A stretch of DNA of 63,870 bases, filler included, from Syncephalis fuscata S228 (lineage: Eukaryota; Fungi; Zoopagomycota): the NCBI GenBank assembly GCA_025786725.1. It is 5 parts of 5 records of this genome, joined end to end, with 100 filler letters (N's around TTAATTAATTAA, not from the genome) between each part and the next. Parts side by side here need not be neighbours in the genome. Positions count along the whole stretch, not along the records: positions 34,173 to 55,708 come from JAHLTZ010000152.1; 4 more parts are not named here. The stretch is one strand, 5' to 3'. This document shows positions 39,613-53,354 of the stretch, piece after piece. A model generated the notes under the pieces. The model saw nothing but the letters and a program-made list of their open reading frames with translations, made no database searches and had not been told where the DNA came from. Both the position numbers and the translations under genes were made by a program. Each line of letters begins with the position of its first letter. Positions within the stretch are counted from its first letter, which is position 1.

Positions 39613-40570
39613 TACAATTGTTATTATTACTACTACTGCACCCATAAGAATAAGAATAGCTTAAGAATAACAACAACGCCGTAGTAGTAACAGTAATAAC
39701 ACTAATCTACTACTACTAATAATAATAATAATAACACTTAATCGACACACTAATAATCGTCTCATGTCCTACCTTTTTCTTCGTCATTCCTCTTTGTGTT
39801 ACGGTTTGTCGTTATCTACCCGCTTTGCATTCCTTTCTTTTGCCTACAACCTAATATTATTCCTTTCTTCAAAATTTTTTGATCTATCCTTCTTGCTCAC
39901 TTGAGCAATTACTAGACAGATTGATAATGGTGCTACAGTGGAGCCATCTTCTCCAGTTCCACTGTGTGCTATTTCGTCGGTTTAGTACTTTTATTTACCT
40001 ACAGGCACTCTTGTTTTTTTACCTTTAACATTTATTATCTGCGCAAGAGTTTCCCGTTCAAGCGTGTGTAACCAGCTTTTGTGTACTCATGTTGAACGCT
40101 TGTTAGTTACCTACGAGAATACAGCCCGCATCATTTATGCACGCTAGGTATCTGGATTCGTCTTGTACATCTTTCTAGCTTTATTATTTTATTGTAAAGA
40201 AACACTATATCTATCCTAACGACTTTTACATCAGTTAAATATTTATTTGATTTACCAACCTTCAATACTATTGTTGTGTAAAGTGTAACGACCAATTAGT
40301 GATTATTATAAATGTTAAATATTAAAATTAATACTAAATATTCAAATTAATGTTATTACACACACAGCGTGATCAAGTGATGAAAGATATCATATTTTAC
40401 TTTTTTTTGTTTTTTATTCTTTTTTTCCAAGTACACACTTTAACTTATATACTCGGGATCGAGTGTTATTTACTTTTTATTATTGATTAGGCAATTTATA
40501 CGACAATAACCGGCCAGTTCTACTATCTCCGGCTTATGCTGTAGTGCTTATTCGCTATATCTCGGGGATA

Positions 40571-43162
40571 ATGACACCTACTCTGACGAAATCTGTGGCA
40601 AGTCATGCCACGTCGGAAGAACAGTCTGAGCATGATGCTCTAGCTTCTGTTGAAGGCTTGGGTGAATTGGTACCTGAACTATCTGCACCAATTCAAAACT
40701 TCTTGACAGCCATTGTACCGCAGCCAGAACGCTTTCTTGGACCGGCTGCTGTGCCGCTACTCAAAAAAGCGACTGATAATACAGTAACACCTAAAAGACG
40801 TCAGTCTAAACCGGCAGCTCCCATTAAAGATGAATATACTTTACCTGAAGAGTGCTTGCAAGTAACCAGCGGTATTTTTAATCATGCTTGTCAATTGGAT
40901 CCAAAACCCGAATTATTTGGACCAATATCTCATCTTACTACCGAAGGACTAGATCATGAACAAATCTGGCAGTGTATGCAACTAAGAAATGAACCACTAT
41001 TGGATTGGGCAAAGGATAGACTAAAATCATTAAAAAATGCACTGGATAGTTTGGATGCTGGAGAGGAACAAGAAGAGGAAGAGGAAGAGGAAGAGGAGGA
41101 AGAGGAAGAGGAAGAGGAGGAAGAGGAGGAGGAAGATGATGAAAGCGACAATGATGATGACGATGATGATGATGATGATGACTTGGATCAATATAAAAGT
41201 GATGCCAGTCATGAAATGAAATTATTGTCTGAAGAGGAAAGCGATGAAAATGATTCAGATTTATTAAGGTAATTGGTCTATTAATTTAATAGAAATGTCA
41301 ATTAATACAATAATGATTAAAGCGATGGTGATGATATGAGAGAACGTTCAAGCAAATTGAAGTCAAAGAAATCATCCAATCAGCCTCGTTTTGTTGGTGA
41401 TAGTGATGATGATGACGAGTCAGATCACGATGATGAATTTGCTGAGGCAGAAGGACTTAATGATGAATTCTTTTCACTTAAAGAAATGAATGAATTTGCC
41501 GATGATGCTGAAGATGCCGAATGGCGAGCTATTGAAAAGGAAGAACGTGGCGATGCTTCTGGAAATGACGATGAAAACGAAGAAAGCGATTTTGACTACT
41601 TCCAAGGTTAGTAGTAATATATAATAGTATTGATAGATAGCTTATATAATACTGTGTAGATCCTGATGAAATGGAAAGTGACGAAGAAGGAGATGAAGAA
41701 GAAGAGGATATTGAAGCTAGTGGTAAGTAGTTTATTGGCGTATTAGTAAAAGGCTAATAACATGATTAGAAATCAAGTATGATGATTTTTTTTTACCACC
41801 AAAAAAACATAGAGATAACGAGGAGAATAATAAGAAAAAGGTTCAATTTAAACCGACAGATGATGATGAGATGGAAGAAGATGACGAAGATGAAAGCAAA
41901 GAAGAGACTGGCGATAATAATAAAATGAGCAGTACTCGTAATCTATTTGCCGATGATGATGACGAAGATGGTCAAGGTAAATAGCTGCTATTTATATTAT
42001 ATTATGGCTAATCATACTGTTATTTATGATTTAATAATAAAGATGGCAAATCAGCCTTTGAAAAACAACAAGAAAGGCTAAAGGAAAAGATTCAAGAGCT
42101 TGAAGATGAAAGCATTGCCAAAAAGAGCTGGGCCTTGTTGGGCGAGGTAAGAATTACTTACAAAGCTTTAAGCTGTACTAATTAAAGACTCAATATACTA
42201 GGCAACTAGCAAGGACCGTCCATTAAACAGCTTGCTAGAAGAAGATTTAGAATTTGAACATGCCGGCAAAGTAAGTGCTTTATATTTGATTACATCATAA
42301 GCTATAACTGTTTTATTAGGCAGTGCCAGTAATCACTGAAGAAATCACCGCGACCATTGAAGATATGATTAAGCAGCGTATCATTGATGTAAGTGGAATT
42401 AAATATATCATCAATTATTCAATTGACTAACTAACTAATTAACTAATTAATTATTATATAATAATAGAATCGATTTGATGATGTGATCCGAAAGAAAGAT
42501 CCAAAGGCAACACCATTCCGTCCTTCACAGCAATTTGAATTCAATGATGAAAAGAGCAAACAGTCATTGGCACAAATTTATGAGGATGAATATGTTAAGG
42601 CAACGTCAGATGAACCAGTCACTGATGTCAAGGATGAAGCGCTACAAAAGGAACATACAGAGATTGATGGCATGTGGCGATATGTATGCTCGCAACTGGA
42701 TGCATTGTCGAACCAGCACTTTGTTCCTAAGCAGGTATGTTTAACACGTATATCAGTTAGATTTAAAGATATTAACTTGTTTTATTGTTACTGCAATGTT
42801 TACATAATAGCCCAAGACAGAAATTAAGGTGGTTGCTGATGTGGCCGCTATTTCTATGGAAGAGGCTACACCGGTTACAGCTAATGATGCATCACTGCTA
42901 GCACCAGAGGAAATATACGAAAAGAAACGAGGAGAAGTTAAGGTAAGCCAAGCATGGATAATTATAGTAGCATCTACTAATGATTGGTGTAATATAGGGA
43001 GTAACCGAATTGGATCAAGCAGAGCGTAAACGTCTACGTAATCGTAAAAAGCGATTGCATAAATTACGACATGGCGACAAGAAAGAGGATGATACGTCTA
43101 GCATTGCAAAGCACGACAAAAGTAAAACGTCAAAATTTGAAAAGACGACGACCAAACATTAG
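40571..43162 (+). CDS. MPP10: U3 snoRNP protein Mpp10, multi-exon
   Basis: GLDHEQIWQ, long acidic tracts, FFSLKEMNEF, KSWALLGE, RPLNSLLEEDLEFEH, FDDVIRK, LDALSNQHFVPK, AISMEEATP and LAPEEIY. Confidence 0.92.
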
Positions 43163-43479
43163 AAGTAAAGATGATTTATTAATAATATCGTAGTAATGCT
43201 ACCGCAAATAAATAAAACTGTGATAACGGAAAACTATTATACAAGTGATAAAACAATGTTTATTTAATTTGTGCATAATGAATTTGTACTTGTAAAAATA
43301 GATAGATAAAGTTTAGTTACGTCGATTGTAATTGTAATCTAGTTAATTATTAATAAACTTTTTAATTAAATGAGTTATGACACTAATCTTAAAACAAATG
43401 GACAATAGTAATGAAACCATTATTATAATATTATATCGTTTCAATAAACACAACATACAATTTATTAATTAAAATTGAT

Positions 43480-44233
43480 GGAGCTACTGTACTTTGACCC
43501 CACATTTTTATGTACTCATTTCACCGCCTTTTTCTTCTCGCTATCTTATTGTCTTATATTTTGTTTCTTTTGTTTCAGTGCTATATTATGCAATAATGCT
43601 GAATATAAAAATATAAATAACATGCGTATTTAAACATCAATAAAAACATTATTCAATCTCTAGTCTCTATTTCTTTATTTACATCAACACCTGTTCAAGT
43701 AACCTCAACGGCATGCCGTATCTTCTGGTTACAACTGTCACCACAATATCTTTCTAATAAAAACACTCAACCTATTATTATTGCATATGGTGGAGGCCAT
43801 TTGCTTGATCAATGGTTGGCAAATAATCTGCGCCTATCAAATTGATACCAAGAATGCTCAAGATAATGGTAAACATCAAAAATGCTAGTCGTCCTACCTT
43901 TTTGTCACCATAGACGAGTATCTTACATTGCAAATATACCCAAAATGCAACAGTAGAAGATTGGAGAATAGAATAGACCATTTAGATGCAAGAAACCACA
44001 CTATAAGTAGTAACAACAATAACAACTGCGGAACGATATGGAATTGCAATCAATGGCTTTTATTAATATTTGATCAAACTTTCTACCCATGACCAACAGC
44101 AACAATGATCGGCCTCGTGAGTTGCAAAGTAGTTAAATGGTTATTATAACTATGTTTGCTGTGCATAACAGCATGACTTTAATTGAAACAAATTTTGCTT
44201 TGAAGACTCCATATGTGGGAGTCAAAGTACAGT
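43480..44233. mobile_element. Putative non-autonomous TIR element (~750 bp) enclosing a decayed membrane-protein-like fragment
   Basis: actgtactttgaccccacat (43486-43505) is inverted to atgtgggagtcaaagtacagt (44213-44233). A related end occurs at ~35207-35229. I found no clear TSD. Confidence 0.45.
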
Positions 44234-45519
44234 CCAACCAAAATCATTTCGGTTCAATATATATAATTATTAATTTCCGCCACTGCCATTTCATTTATTA
44301 ACTAACACGTTTAACAAACATTCAACGATAGTATTAATTAACGCTTGACTGGATAAAAACTCAAACAATATATCTCCCTTTATTTAGAAAACCATGCCAA
44401 GTGATGGCACTAATTACAGTGTATTTTATACTGTAACTGATCCTTGTGCCGATGATGGCAAATGTAATCTGAATAACCTATTGACTCGGCACCAATGTTT
44501 GAATAACTATATTAAATATTTGTTAGTATTATTTAATAGTAATAAAACATCTACATCTAGTTGATCGTTGTTCATATATAATTCATAGCGTACATGTAGC
44601 ATGGTTCTTTTGTTGTTTAAATATTATTATTATTTGTTATACAGTATTATAAATAAATGCAAAGTTGTTAAAAGTTGTTTATCACGATGATTGGCTAATA
44701 TAGAAACTATGCGTTCATTTGAAGTATGGATAATGCTGCGACTTGAACATAAGTAATAGTTATTAGAAACACATAGCTTTATATTGACTTCTTATCAATA
44801 TAATAATACGGTTTAATAAACGGTAGATATGCAGCAATAAGCATTACTAAATTACTACTTCACTCAATTGTAGCTAGTGCGTAAAGCTAGGCGTATAAAC
44901 ACCATCGCATATTAGGATTAAAAAACGGACATTGCTATATATTGCTGCATCATCAAATAATTACAAAATAAAACAATCTTTGCCACGTTGTAACCAACTG
45001 CAGAAATATTATCTATCATCGGATTGCTAGATTACACATTATCCAGTATTTTTATTTTGCATCAATTCGGTAATACTTTTTGTAAGTGATATTTAGACTA
45101 ACACTATAGCAATTCCTTTAACAATATCTCAAGTAAACAGTGCGCAGAAGCAATATCCAACTTACTAAATACTATTATTGAACACCTTAAACACCACATG
45201 TTTTTGCATTGCGCCAGTATACAGTCTCTATTTTGCTACAAAAACACCACTTTTACACTGGCTAGTTAAAATAATTAACTAATGTGGCAATTTTTAATTA
45301 ATTGTGCCACCATATTAGCATTATTTTCAGACACTAGTGGATACGCCCACTTCTCCAAAACATTCTTGTCATTCCGCACACAATTAAATCAATCGATCCA
45401 CACAAATTTATTACTGTATTAGTTAAATAAAAATGACTATTTTTCTTTTAAAATATTTGTAAAATAAAATTAAAATAGAAATTTTATTTTACTAATAATA
45501 TTTCTATAATAATAAGTAG

Positions 45520-45905
45520 TTTTTTTGGGGGAGAGTAAAATGACTTTTATTCTTAATGCATTATTGCTTCACTTGTTCTATGATGTACCGACATGTTGGG
45601 TAGATTGACTTTTATTATTTCACATTGCATTTATTAATGAATTAAACTCGGCTGTTTATAAATATTGACTGACAGACTCACATCTCACAATCTACGTCAT
45701 CACATTTCCTTTCTCTTTCTTTACACTTGACAGCATATATCCATTACATATACTTGTGCACTCCATATATGCTATTTACACTATGTACTTGCATTGCTCT
45801 TTTATAATCTGACTCTTTTTTACAAATTATTTCTATTACTCTGATAATTGGTATTATCAATTTCTTTAACATGATAAGTGCATTTCTAGCTTATTTTTAT
45901 GTTAT
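45520..45905 (+). repeat. Dispersed repeat, copy of 1020-1420
   Basis: Near-identical blocks as described for 1020-1420. Confidence 0.8.
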
Positions 45906-46730
45906 GCTGCCGAAGTAGCTGTATACTTTGCTTTTACTACAGATAGCAATTACACATCATTTGCAGCAGCTTTGCAATTTCAATAGTGACAGTGCAATCT
46001 GTTACTACCGAAGCTGTACAAGCTATCACTAAAATGATCTGCAGTGGCAATCTATGAAAAACTAGGACATATGGTAATTCCGGCAGCATATAACCACAAC
46101 AGTCATCATGTATAAATATTGCATGCATACAATAGCAAAACTATAAGAAGCACTACTGGTATAGCTGCTGAAAAAGTACTCAGTGCTAGTACAGTAGTAC
46201 TAAATGCCATTACTACTACTACAGTTATGCATAGCTGCCAGCATAATGACTGTAGTAGCTATACTCGATGCTATTTTTTTATCAATAGAATAGCATATAA
46301 TAGTATGAGTATACAATGATGATGAATATGGATGAATAGAGGATATATGCATACTGGATAATCAATCTATGATGATGAGTATTTTAAACTTTGATGTTAC
46401 TCACCATTCATCATCATGTTCAATAAAAGATATTTAATTTAAATGTATGAATAGTATTAAATTGTTTTATTATTGTCGATTATTTGGATTTGTGCTGATA
46501 GTTTAAGCTGGAAAAGTAGTCAAATTCTAATAACTTATACAATAGATTTTATACAACAAAATATAATGATCAAAAGTAAGCTGCACTCATTGTTGAATAA
46601 TAAAATACTGGTGCTGTGATAGTAGATTACAACATACTACAAACAAATGATGTTTCAATGTTTTATTTAGACGAAGTTATTTTGTATTAAACACTAGATT
46701 GCAAATTCAGTGTTTAGCGATGGTATACCA

Positions 46731-47423
46731 TTAGTCGGAGCTAGTGTCAGTGCTGGTATCAGTGGAACCAGTGGTGGTGCTACCACTACCCTTGCCGTAG
46801 GACTTGCTTTTAGAGCCACTGCCATAATAGCCTCCAACTGGACGAGGCTTACCACCACTTGAACCGCGAGGTGGGGAGACATATAAGCCGTTGCTGCCGT
46901 TTTGGCCGTTGCTACCGTTTTGTCCATTGCTGCCGTTTTGGCCATTGCCACCATTACCGCCGCTGCCACCATTGCCGCCACTGCCACCTGAACCGACACT
47001 GCCGCTGCTGCCGTAGCCGCTATTGCCGCCGTTACCACCATTGCTTCCACTGCTGCTGTTACCACCATTGCCGCCGTTACCACCGTTACCACCATTGCCA
47101 CCACTGCTGCTGTTACCGCCGTTACCGCCGTTGCCGCCATTACCACCGTTGCCGCCACTGCTGCTGTTACCGCCATTGCCGCCATTACCACCGTTGCCAC
47201 CGTTGCCGCCATTGCCACTTCCAGTAGAGCCGGTTGGCGTTGATGGAGTCTTTGAGCCGCCAGATGATCCAGGAGTAGTTGATCCGGTGCTGTAGCTGGT
47301 GTCGACAGGACCAACGCTATATGAAGTGGAGTCGGCTGTGTAAGTTTGAGGGGCAGCGTCGACATTGATTAATGCAATAGCAGCGGCAGCAGCAAGGACA
47401 GCGAAATAGATATAGGACTTCAT
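46731..47423 (-). CDS. Secreted Gly/Asn/Ser-rich repeat protein (230 aa), intronless
   Basis: Signal peptide [26 protein letters not shown]; (GGN)n/NSSS and NGQNGS repeats; TATA-like tatataaa upstream at ~47595-47602 (-). Confidence 0.85.
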   Translation of the reverse strand: MKSYIYFAVLAAAAAIALINVDAAPQTYTADSTSYSVGPVDTSYSTGSTTPGSSGGSKTPSTPTGSTGSGNGGNGGNGGNGGNGGNSSSGGNGGNGGNGGNGGNSSSGGNGGNGGNGGNGGNSSSGSNGGNGGNSGYGSSGSVGSGGSGGNGGSGGNGGNGQNGSNGQNGSNGQNGSNGLYVSPPRGSSGGKPRPVGGYYGSGSKSKSYGKGSGSTTTGSTDTSTDTSSD

Positions 47424-47689
47424 GTTGAATTCTTAGATATATAATTTGTTTAAATAAAATAAACTAAAATGTTGTAAATATGAGAAGTGCCTGCGCTTGC
47501 TCGGTGCTATTGTTGTGTAAGTACGAAAGTTGTTAAGTAGACTGAATCTGTTGAGTGTGGTGATAATTTAATTTCGACACCAAATAGAAGCTGCTTTATA
47601 TACCAAGTTACTATATCGTTGCACGTTGAAAACATGATGTCGGGTATGATGCTGAAACAATACTCTGCAGACAACTGTGTACATTCGTA

Positions 47690-47884
47690 CAGTGACTGCT
47701 GCCATGCAATGTTACAAAAATGGTATGAAAAACTAGATTTATTTCAAACTCTTACAGCGGAGTTTAGTCAATTGAACCATATGATTGCAGGCTGCAGTTT
47801 ACATTCAAGCAGTGACTGCTGTTATGCAATGCTGCAAAAATGGCATTGTAAACAAGATTTATTTCAAACTCTTACAGCGGAGTT
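47690..47884. repeat. Direct duplication with 120-bp period
   Basis: cagtgactgctg..atgcaatg..caaaaatgg...agatttatttcaaactcttacagcggagtt occurs at 47690 and 47810. Confidence 0.8.
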
Positions 47885-48114
47885 ATCAACCGAACCATGC
47901 GATTGGTCTCAACTTGGTACAGCTCCATCCATGAAACGTGATATAATTGCCCTCAAACCAATAAACAGGTAGAGTCCTTTCATCTTTGTATACATTATTG
48001 ACACAGGTGCATAGGACAGAGTATTTTTTTATTATTGCATTGCAATGTTCAATCAATTCTCGAACTAATTAATAATTTGGCTAGATTATATCCCCAAAAC
48101 ACGTAATACGGCAA

Positions 48115-50514
48115 TTACAAGTCTGCAAGAGCAGATTGCAATCCGTCTAAAATGCTAACGACACCGTATGCCCCGGCATCAACTTCATTCACGTGCTCCA
48201 AATTTCCTACATATGTAGCGCGGCCCAATTTTGGCTGCATCGTTATAGTTGCATCCATGCCTTGACGAGCTGCATCAACTGCCTTAGATAGTGTTGCTCC
48301 TTGGTCAAACTCTTCGACAAATGGTATCAACGCGTCTAACATTGTACGATCGCCTTTTCTAGCAGCTGTATAGCGCTGGAGTTGTTGCAAAGCCACCTTT
48401 TGTATTTATCTGTGTTAGCATACTAGACATGGCCACATTGGCTGCCGCCAATACTTACACTAGCTGCTGATTGCCATGATTTTTTATCAGATGTAGTAGA
48501 TGATGCAAAATATGCTGCCAGCGCATTGAAATATATACTAAATAAAGTTATGGACAATGGTATGTTTGATTAAAACTTTTATACAACGCAATAATTTTAG
48601 TTACCAATACAGTGCCCCTGATGTGCCACCCATTGAATCCTCGAGTATATCGGCAATGCCAATGGCAAGTTTATCCAAAGGAGCAAGAGACAGAGTACTG
48701 GCATCAAGTGCCGATAGGATGGCTGATCAATGTAACGGTTAATATGCGTTATTAATGAATTTAAACCTACCATTGGCGCCACTTTTCAGTGTATGACCAC
48801 AGTCGCCGTCTCCTGTAATTGTATCCAAACGAGTGATCTCTGGTTCCGCGTTGATAACAGATTCGCATGCTTTTCGAATGACCTTTGCAATTAGCGGATT
48901 ATCTCCAACTTTTTCACGATTATTAAACTACCGATGCACATATCTGCATTCTTACCGTTGTTATCGACAACCTTTGTATTTTTGGAACTATCAGTAAAGC
49001 TGTACAGCACGTTTTTGTTATATCCAGCTGCGTGCAGCCAGCCAGTGGCATGATTAGGAGCATCCAAAAGGCCAAGTAGCTGCGCTTCGCTATTTGAATC
49101 TCCCAGCCGGAATAAGGTGATTGAGACTCCAGGTGTATTAAGTGCCGTTATTATAGGCCCACTATAAATTCTTTTTACCGACAATCCTTTTTGTTCTAGC
49201 TAAAATTCAATAAAGCGTACACTGCTGCTTTAACTATCAGCTGCCGCTTACCAGCCAGTTCCACAACATCGTTGGTAAAAGCAGATAACTCTAGTACCGA
49301 AGTGCCTCCCAAGTTATTAACAAGCACTACAACACTATCCTTATTTTCTTTAGACCACGATACAAATGCACGATCAGAATCAGTTTCCTCGGTTGCCGTC
49401 ACCATTGCCAGCATACGCTGGGCAAGTTGGCGCGATGGAAGTAAAGGGATTACTTCGCAGCCAGGTTCACCGTGAATACCTTTAATTGCAATCAGCACTA
49501 ATGACCGTCTTACTTTTATTTAACAGCACATACCCATACCAAGCTCGATTTCATTTGGCTTTAGCTTTCTTACGTTTGAGTTGTCGGCACCCGGAACATA
49601 ACACGGCTCTAGCGCAACTCCTACCGTGCTTAAATTGGATATAACATTTTTTGCTGTAGCTAGGATGGTGTCTAACAGTTCACTACATAGCAAAATATAA
49701 ATTATTGAAACATGTTGCAGCTAAAAACACTGACCCGCGAGCAGCAAGCGCACCAACAATCTTATGGACCACTATCGCACCTGCAAGCCCTCGTCTTCCT
49801 ACCAGGCCGCCCTTTGCCTTGCCAACGGCACAATCGTCGCCCACTACAACCATCTCAACACGAATGCCTTCGGCGACAGCACGCTCACGTGCTAGACCAA
49901 AATTCAACACATCTCCTGTGTAGTTCTTTACCACTAGCAGCGTGCCATGAGGCGATTGGCACAGACGAATAGCCGCTAATATTTGTCGCGGAGAAGGGGA
50001 TGCAAATAGATTACCACTAACTGCAGCACTTAGCATGCCATTGCCAACATAGCCTATAGCTGTTGGTTCATGACCCGCGCCACCTAAAATGATTGTTGAT
50101 ATCAGTTACAGTTGTCTTTGGCACAACGCAGTTTAAAACACAAATTATATCACTTACCGCCGGAAATAACCGTTACTTGTTTTTCTCGTACAGAATCAAT
50201 ATCTCGACAAATAACAACTAATGTTTTATCAGTGATGCTATTTGTGATTATCAATAAAATCGTTGATTCTTACTTTTGTGCTGTTTCACAAGTTGTAAGT
50301 GCGGATGAGCTAAAACATAACCATGAATGGCCTCATCAACTAGCTACTTATTGCTTAATACATTGATGCGTGCGTTTGCCATTGTTTAAATCTACCTTTT
50401 CCCGTTTGTTAATGATATGCTTTTGAGAAGCAGCTGTATATACACAATATAAACATCAGTATAGACAACATCATGTTATACATCAAGCATACCTTTGCTA
50501 TCTACTGATGCCAT
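48115..50514 (-). CDS. DAK1: Dihydroxyacetone/triose kinase (DhaK+DhaL fusion), multi-exon
   Basis: KHIIN, ISGG|[67 protein letters not shown] and GRATYV. Confidence 0.93.
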
Positions 50515-51401
50515 AATAATCAGAATAGATGTATTTCCAACAAGGATACGTTTTAAATAAAACGACGACAGAAGTGTTGAAAAAGATTTAAAAGGCAAAA
50601 GGCGTTGGGTATCGGTCTTATACGGTGCAATTGTTACACGAAACAACAGCAAGCATATACACGTCATACTAGTTATTGCACCCTGTTTGCGTGTTTCAAT
50701 ATATTTAACCAATTTCTTTATTCGTTAGTGTATGAAGAACAAAAAGTTCCATAGCTCAAATAAACCGTCGGTTAGTTTTTAATATTGAAAAGTAAATCGA
50801 TCAGTCTTGATTAATTTGCACTATTCTTAATATTAAAATAGATATTAAATAGTATTTCTGTTACTTACAATAAAATATAATAAATAAATGTTAATCCATA
50901 TTATTGTTGCTGTAAAGTATTCAAAGCATTATAATTTGATATTTAATGTCACTCACCATCCATCATGTTCAATGGAAAGAATATTTAATTTAAATGTATG
51001 AATATTATTAAATGTAGTCATTTGGCCACCAAATTACATTAAATTAGTAATAGTTTAATTAATAATATTTATCATTACCCAGTGCTATGTTCAATAAAAC
51101 AAATATGTAGTTTATTTACGCAAATGCTATTAAATTTAATTATTTAACCATCAAATCATACTAAATGGGTAACAAGTTAATGTTAAAAATGAATAAATAA
51201 CATGGTACATATTGGTTCAATAAATAAAACGAGTGACACAAGCCAAAGTTTATAAATAATAAAGCTAACGTCAAATGAATAATAATATAATCAGCATCTT
51301 TGTCAAAAAGAATTTAGAGTAACTATTAAAGATAATGATAATGTGATTGCAAAACAAACATGAAAGCCGTGCTTTAAATAAGCATTAAAAATACGCAAAT
51401 G

Positions 51402-52273
51402 TTACAAAGTTTGTAATTCCATTACAGAAACTGAGTCATCGAACAAGCAAGCACCATCATCGTCTTCGTCGTTGTCATCATTGTCACCATCTTCGCTATA
51501 ACTGTTGCTATCATCATTCTTGTGATCGATACCATTATCATGTTTATGACTATCGTTGTGTTGCTGTTTAGAATTATTTCCATTGGTTTGATACTGATTA
51601 ATTTTAGTGGTTATTGGCGATGACTTTGATGCCAGTGGTATAAATGGCATCCATAGTAGGCCGCGTGCCATCATACCAAACCAGCCATTCGAATGATGAT
51701 ACTTGCGTGCTAGCTGTTTTTGTTGCAGTTGTTTGTCTCGATCAGTGTTGGGCACAGTACTGTTATCTTTTGACGATGGTATAGGCTCATTGAGTGCCAT
51801 GGCCGTTTGTACGTAGGGCAGTATCGACTCGATTGATTCGTTAGCCGGTGTCAGTAGACCGCTGACATTGCTTTGTCCATCTGTGTCTTCTGTATCACAG
51901 GATGATAGACTTAGATCACCTGTCTCTTCTTCTGTCTCCTTTGGCTTGTCGAAAATGCAGATGGACATTGGCACTTCAATTGTAGCGGCATCTGCATCGG
52001 AATTGTTATGTCGTCTGTATTGTTAGAAATACAAATATAGTTCATTAGATGGACTATTATTATCAAACATACTATGATAACACAGTATACTAACCGAAAA
52101 TGCCAAGTGTTATGTAATGGCTTTGAGTTGGAAAACTTCTTTGGTGTGGTTGAAGTAACACTACTGCTATAGCTACTGGTATCCCAGTGCTCTGGTGCAT
52201 CAGTATACGTACCCCAGTCTACCAACGACCGGTGCTGAGACTGAGATATTGTGGTGGCTTTAGCCGAGTACAT
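51402..52273 (-). CDS. Hypothetical Ser/Asp-rich protein. Exons 52273-52095 and 52014-51402
   Basis: Intron GTTAGT...CTAAC..CAG (52094-52015) joins the two ORFs in frame (CG|A = Arg). No recognisable domain. Confidence 0.55.
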
Positions 52274-53354
52274 GGTACCGTAGGTGGAAGGTGCAAGCTA
52301 CAAAATGATGGTGTGTTAATTTAATGGCAATAATGGTCGAGCAAATCAAATAATGAACAAGCAACTGTAAAGTTTGATATGTAAATGGACGTGGACGTGG
52401 ACGTATGTGCGTGCGTGCGTGAGAAAGAGTACGGAAAATCAAGGGATAGTCTGTTCTTTTCAGCCTTGTAGTTAACAGAAGAAGGCTTGAAAACCAATCC
52501 AATCGCGCAGATATCCGGTATCTTACCGTATCGCGGACAAGCAGCGCGTTAATGTTTTTAAACGAAGCAAATAAAATGATTGAATTCAGCAAATAAGCAC
52601 TTATGATTAATGGTTTGCAATATTGTCTAATAGTAGTCGTTGATATTGATTGTTAGCAATAGTGGATGTTGATATGTAGTGAGTGACCAAGACAAGCGGA
52701 AAGCCATATCTTGGCCACGGGGCAAAAAGCGCTTACCTATACGTAAGAAGCAAGCGGCAAAACGAATTGATATACGAAAGAAAGCTATTAGGTTAAGATG
52801 AAAAAATTGGCCTTTAGACAGTAAGAATAAAATGGGCCTTTATGAATGCAGATGGACATGTCCGCTAGATGTAGCGACAGAGACAGCCGCGTGATCATTG
52901 CACATCAAATACATCCCAATCAATCTAACAGGTAGTAACACTACTGACAAGCGTGTAACTACGACCATCATTGTTAGTTAAAACAAGCATTTACATTTGT
53001 ACGCACATTGACTATATAAATAAACGTCATTATTATTTAAAAGATACATTAATAGATCCTTATACGGACCGAACAAAGGCAATTAATGGCTTTAAAAAGC
53101 AAGAGAGTGCATGGTGTTAGAGTGTGTCATAGAGGAGGACAACAGGCGAATAGCCAAAGAATGTACGTATGTTGATAGGTGTGTCGCGTTGTATTGTGTG
53201 TGTGTGTGTGTGTTGTTTTTTATCTAAGCACAGAAGAAGAAAGGAAAATGAAGTGACAAATGCGTGCAGATGATTAAAGGCGAGAACTGCAGCAATAGCA
53301 GCAGCAATAGCAGCGGTAGCAGCAGTGTGACGATGGGTATGCAGCAGTTCTTGT

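Noticed and set aside
46694-47365. Overlapping alternative ORFs (Val/Ala-rich, His/Cys/Arg-rich, Pro/Leu-rich)
   Set aside because: These are shadow frames of the (GGN)n repeat gene; only the 46731-47423 frame has a signal peptide.
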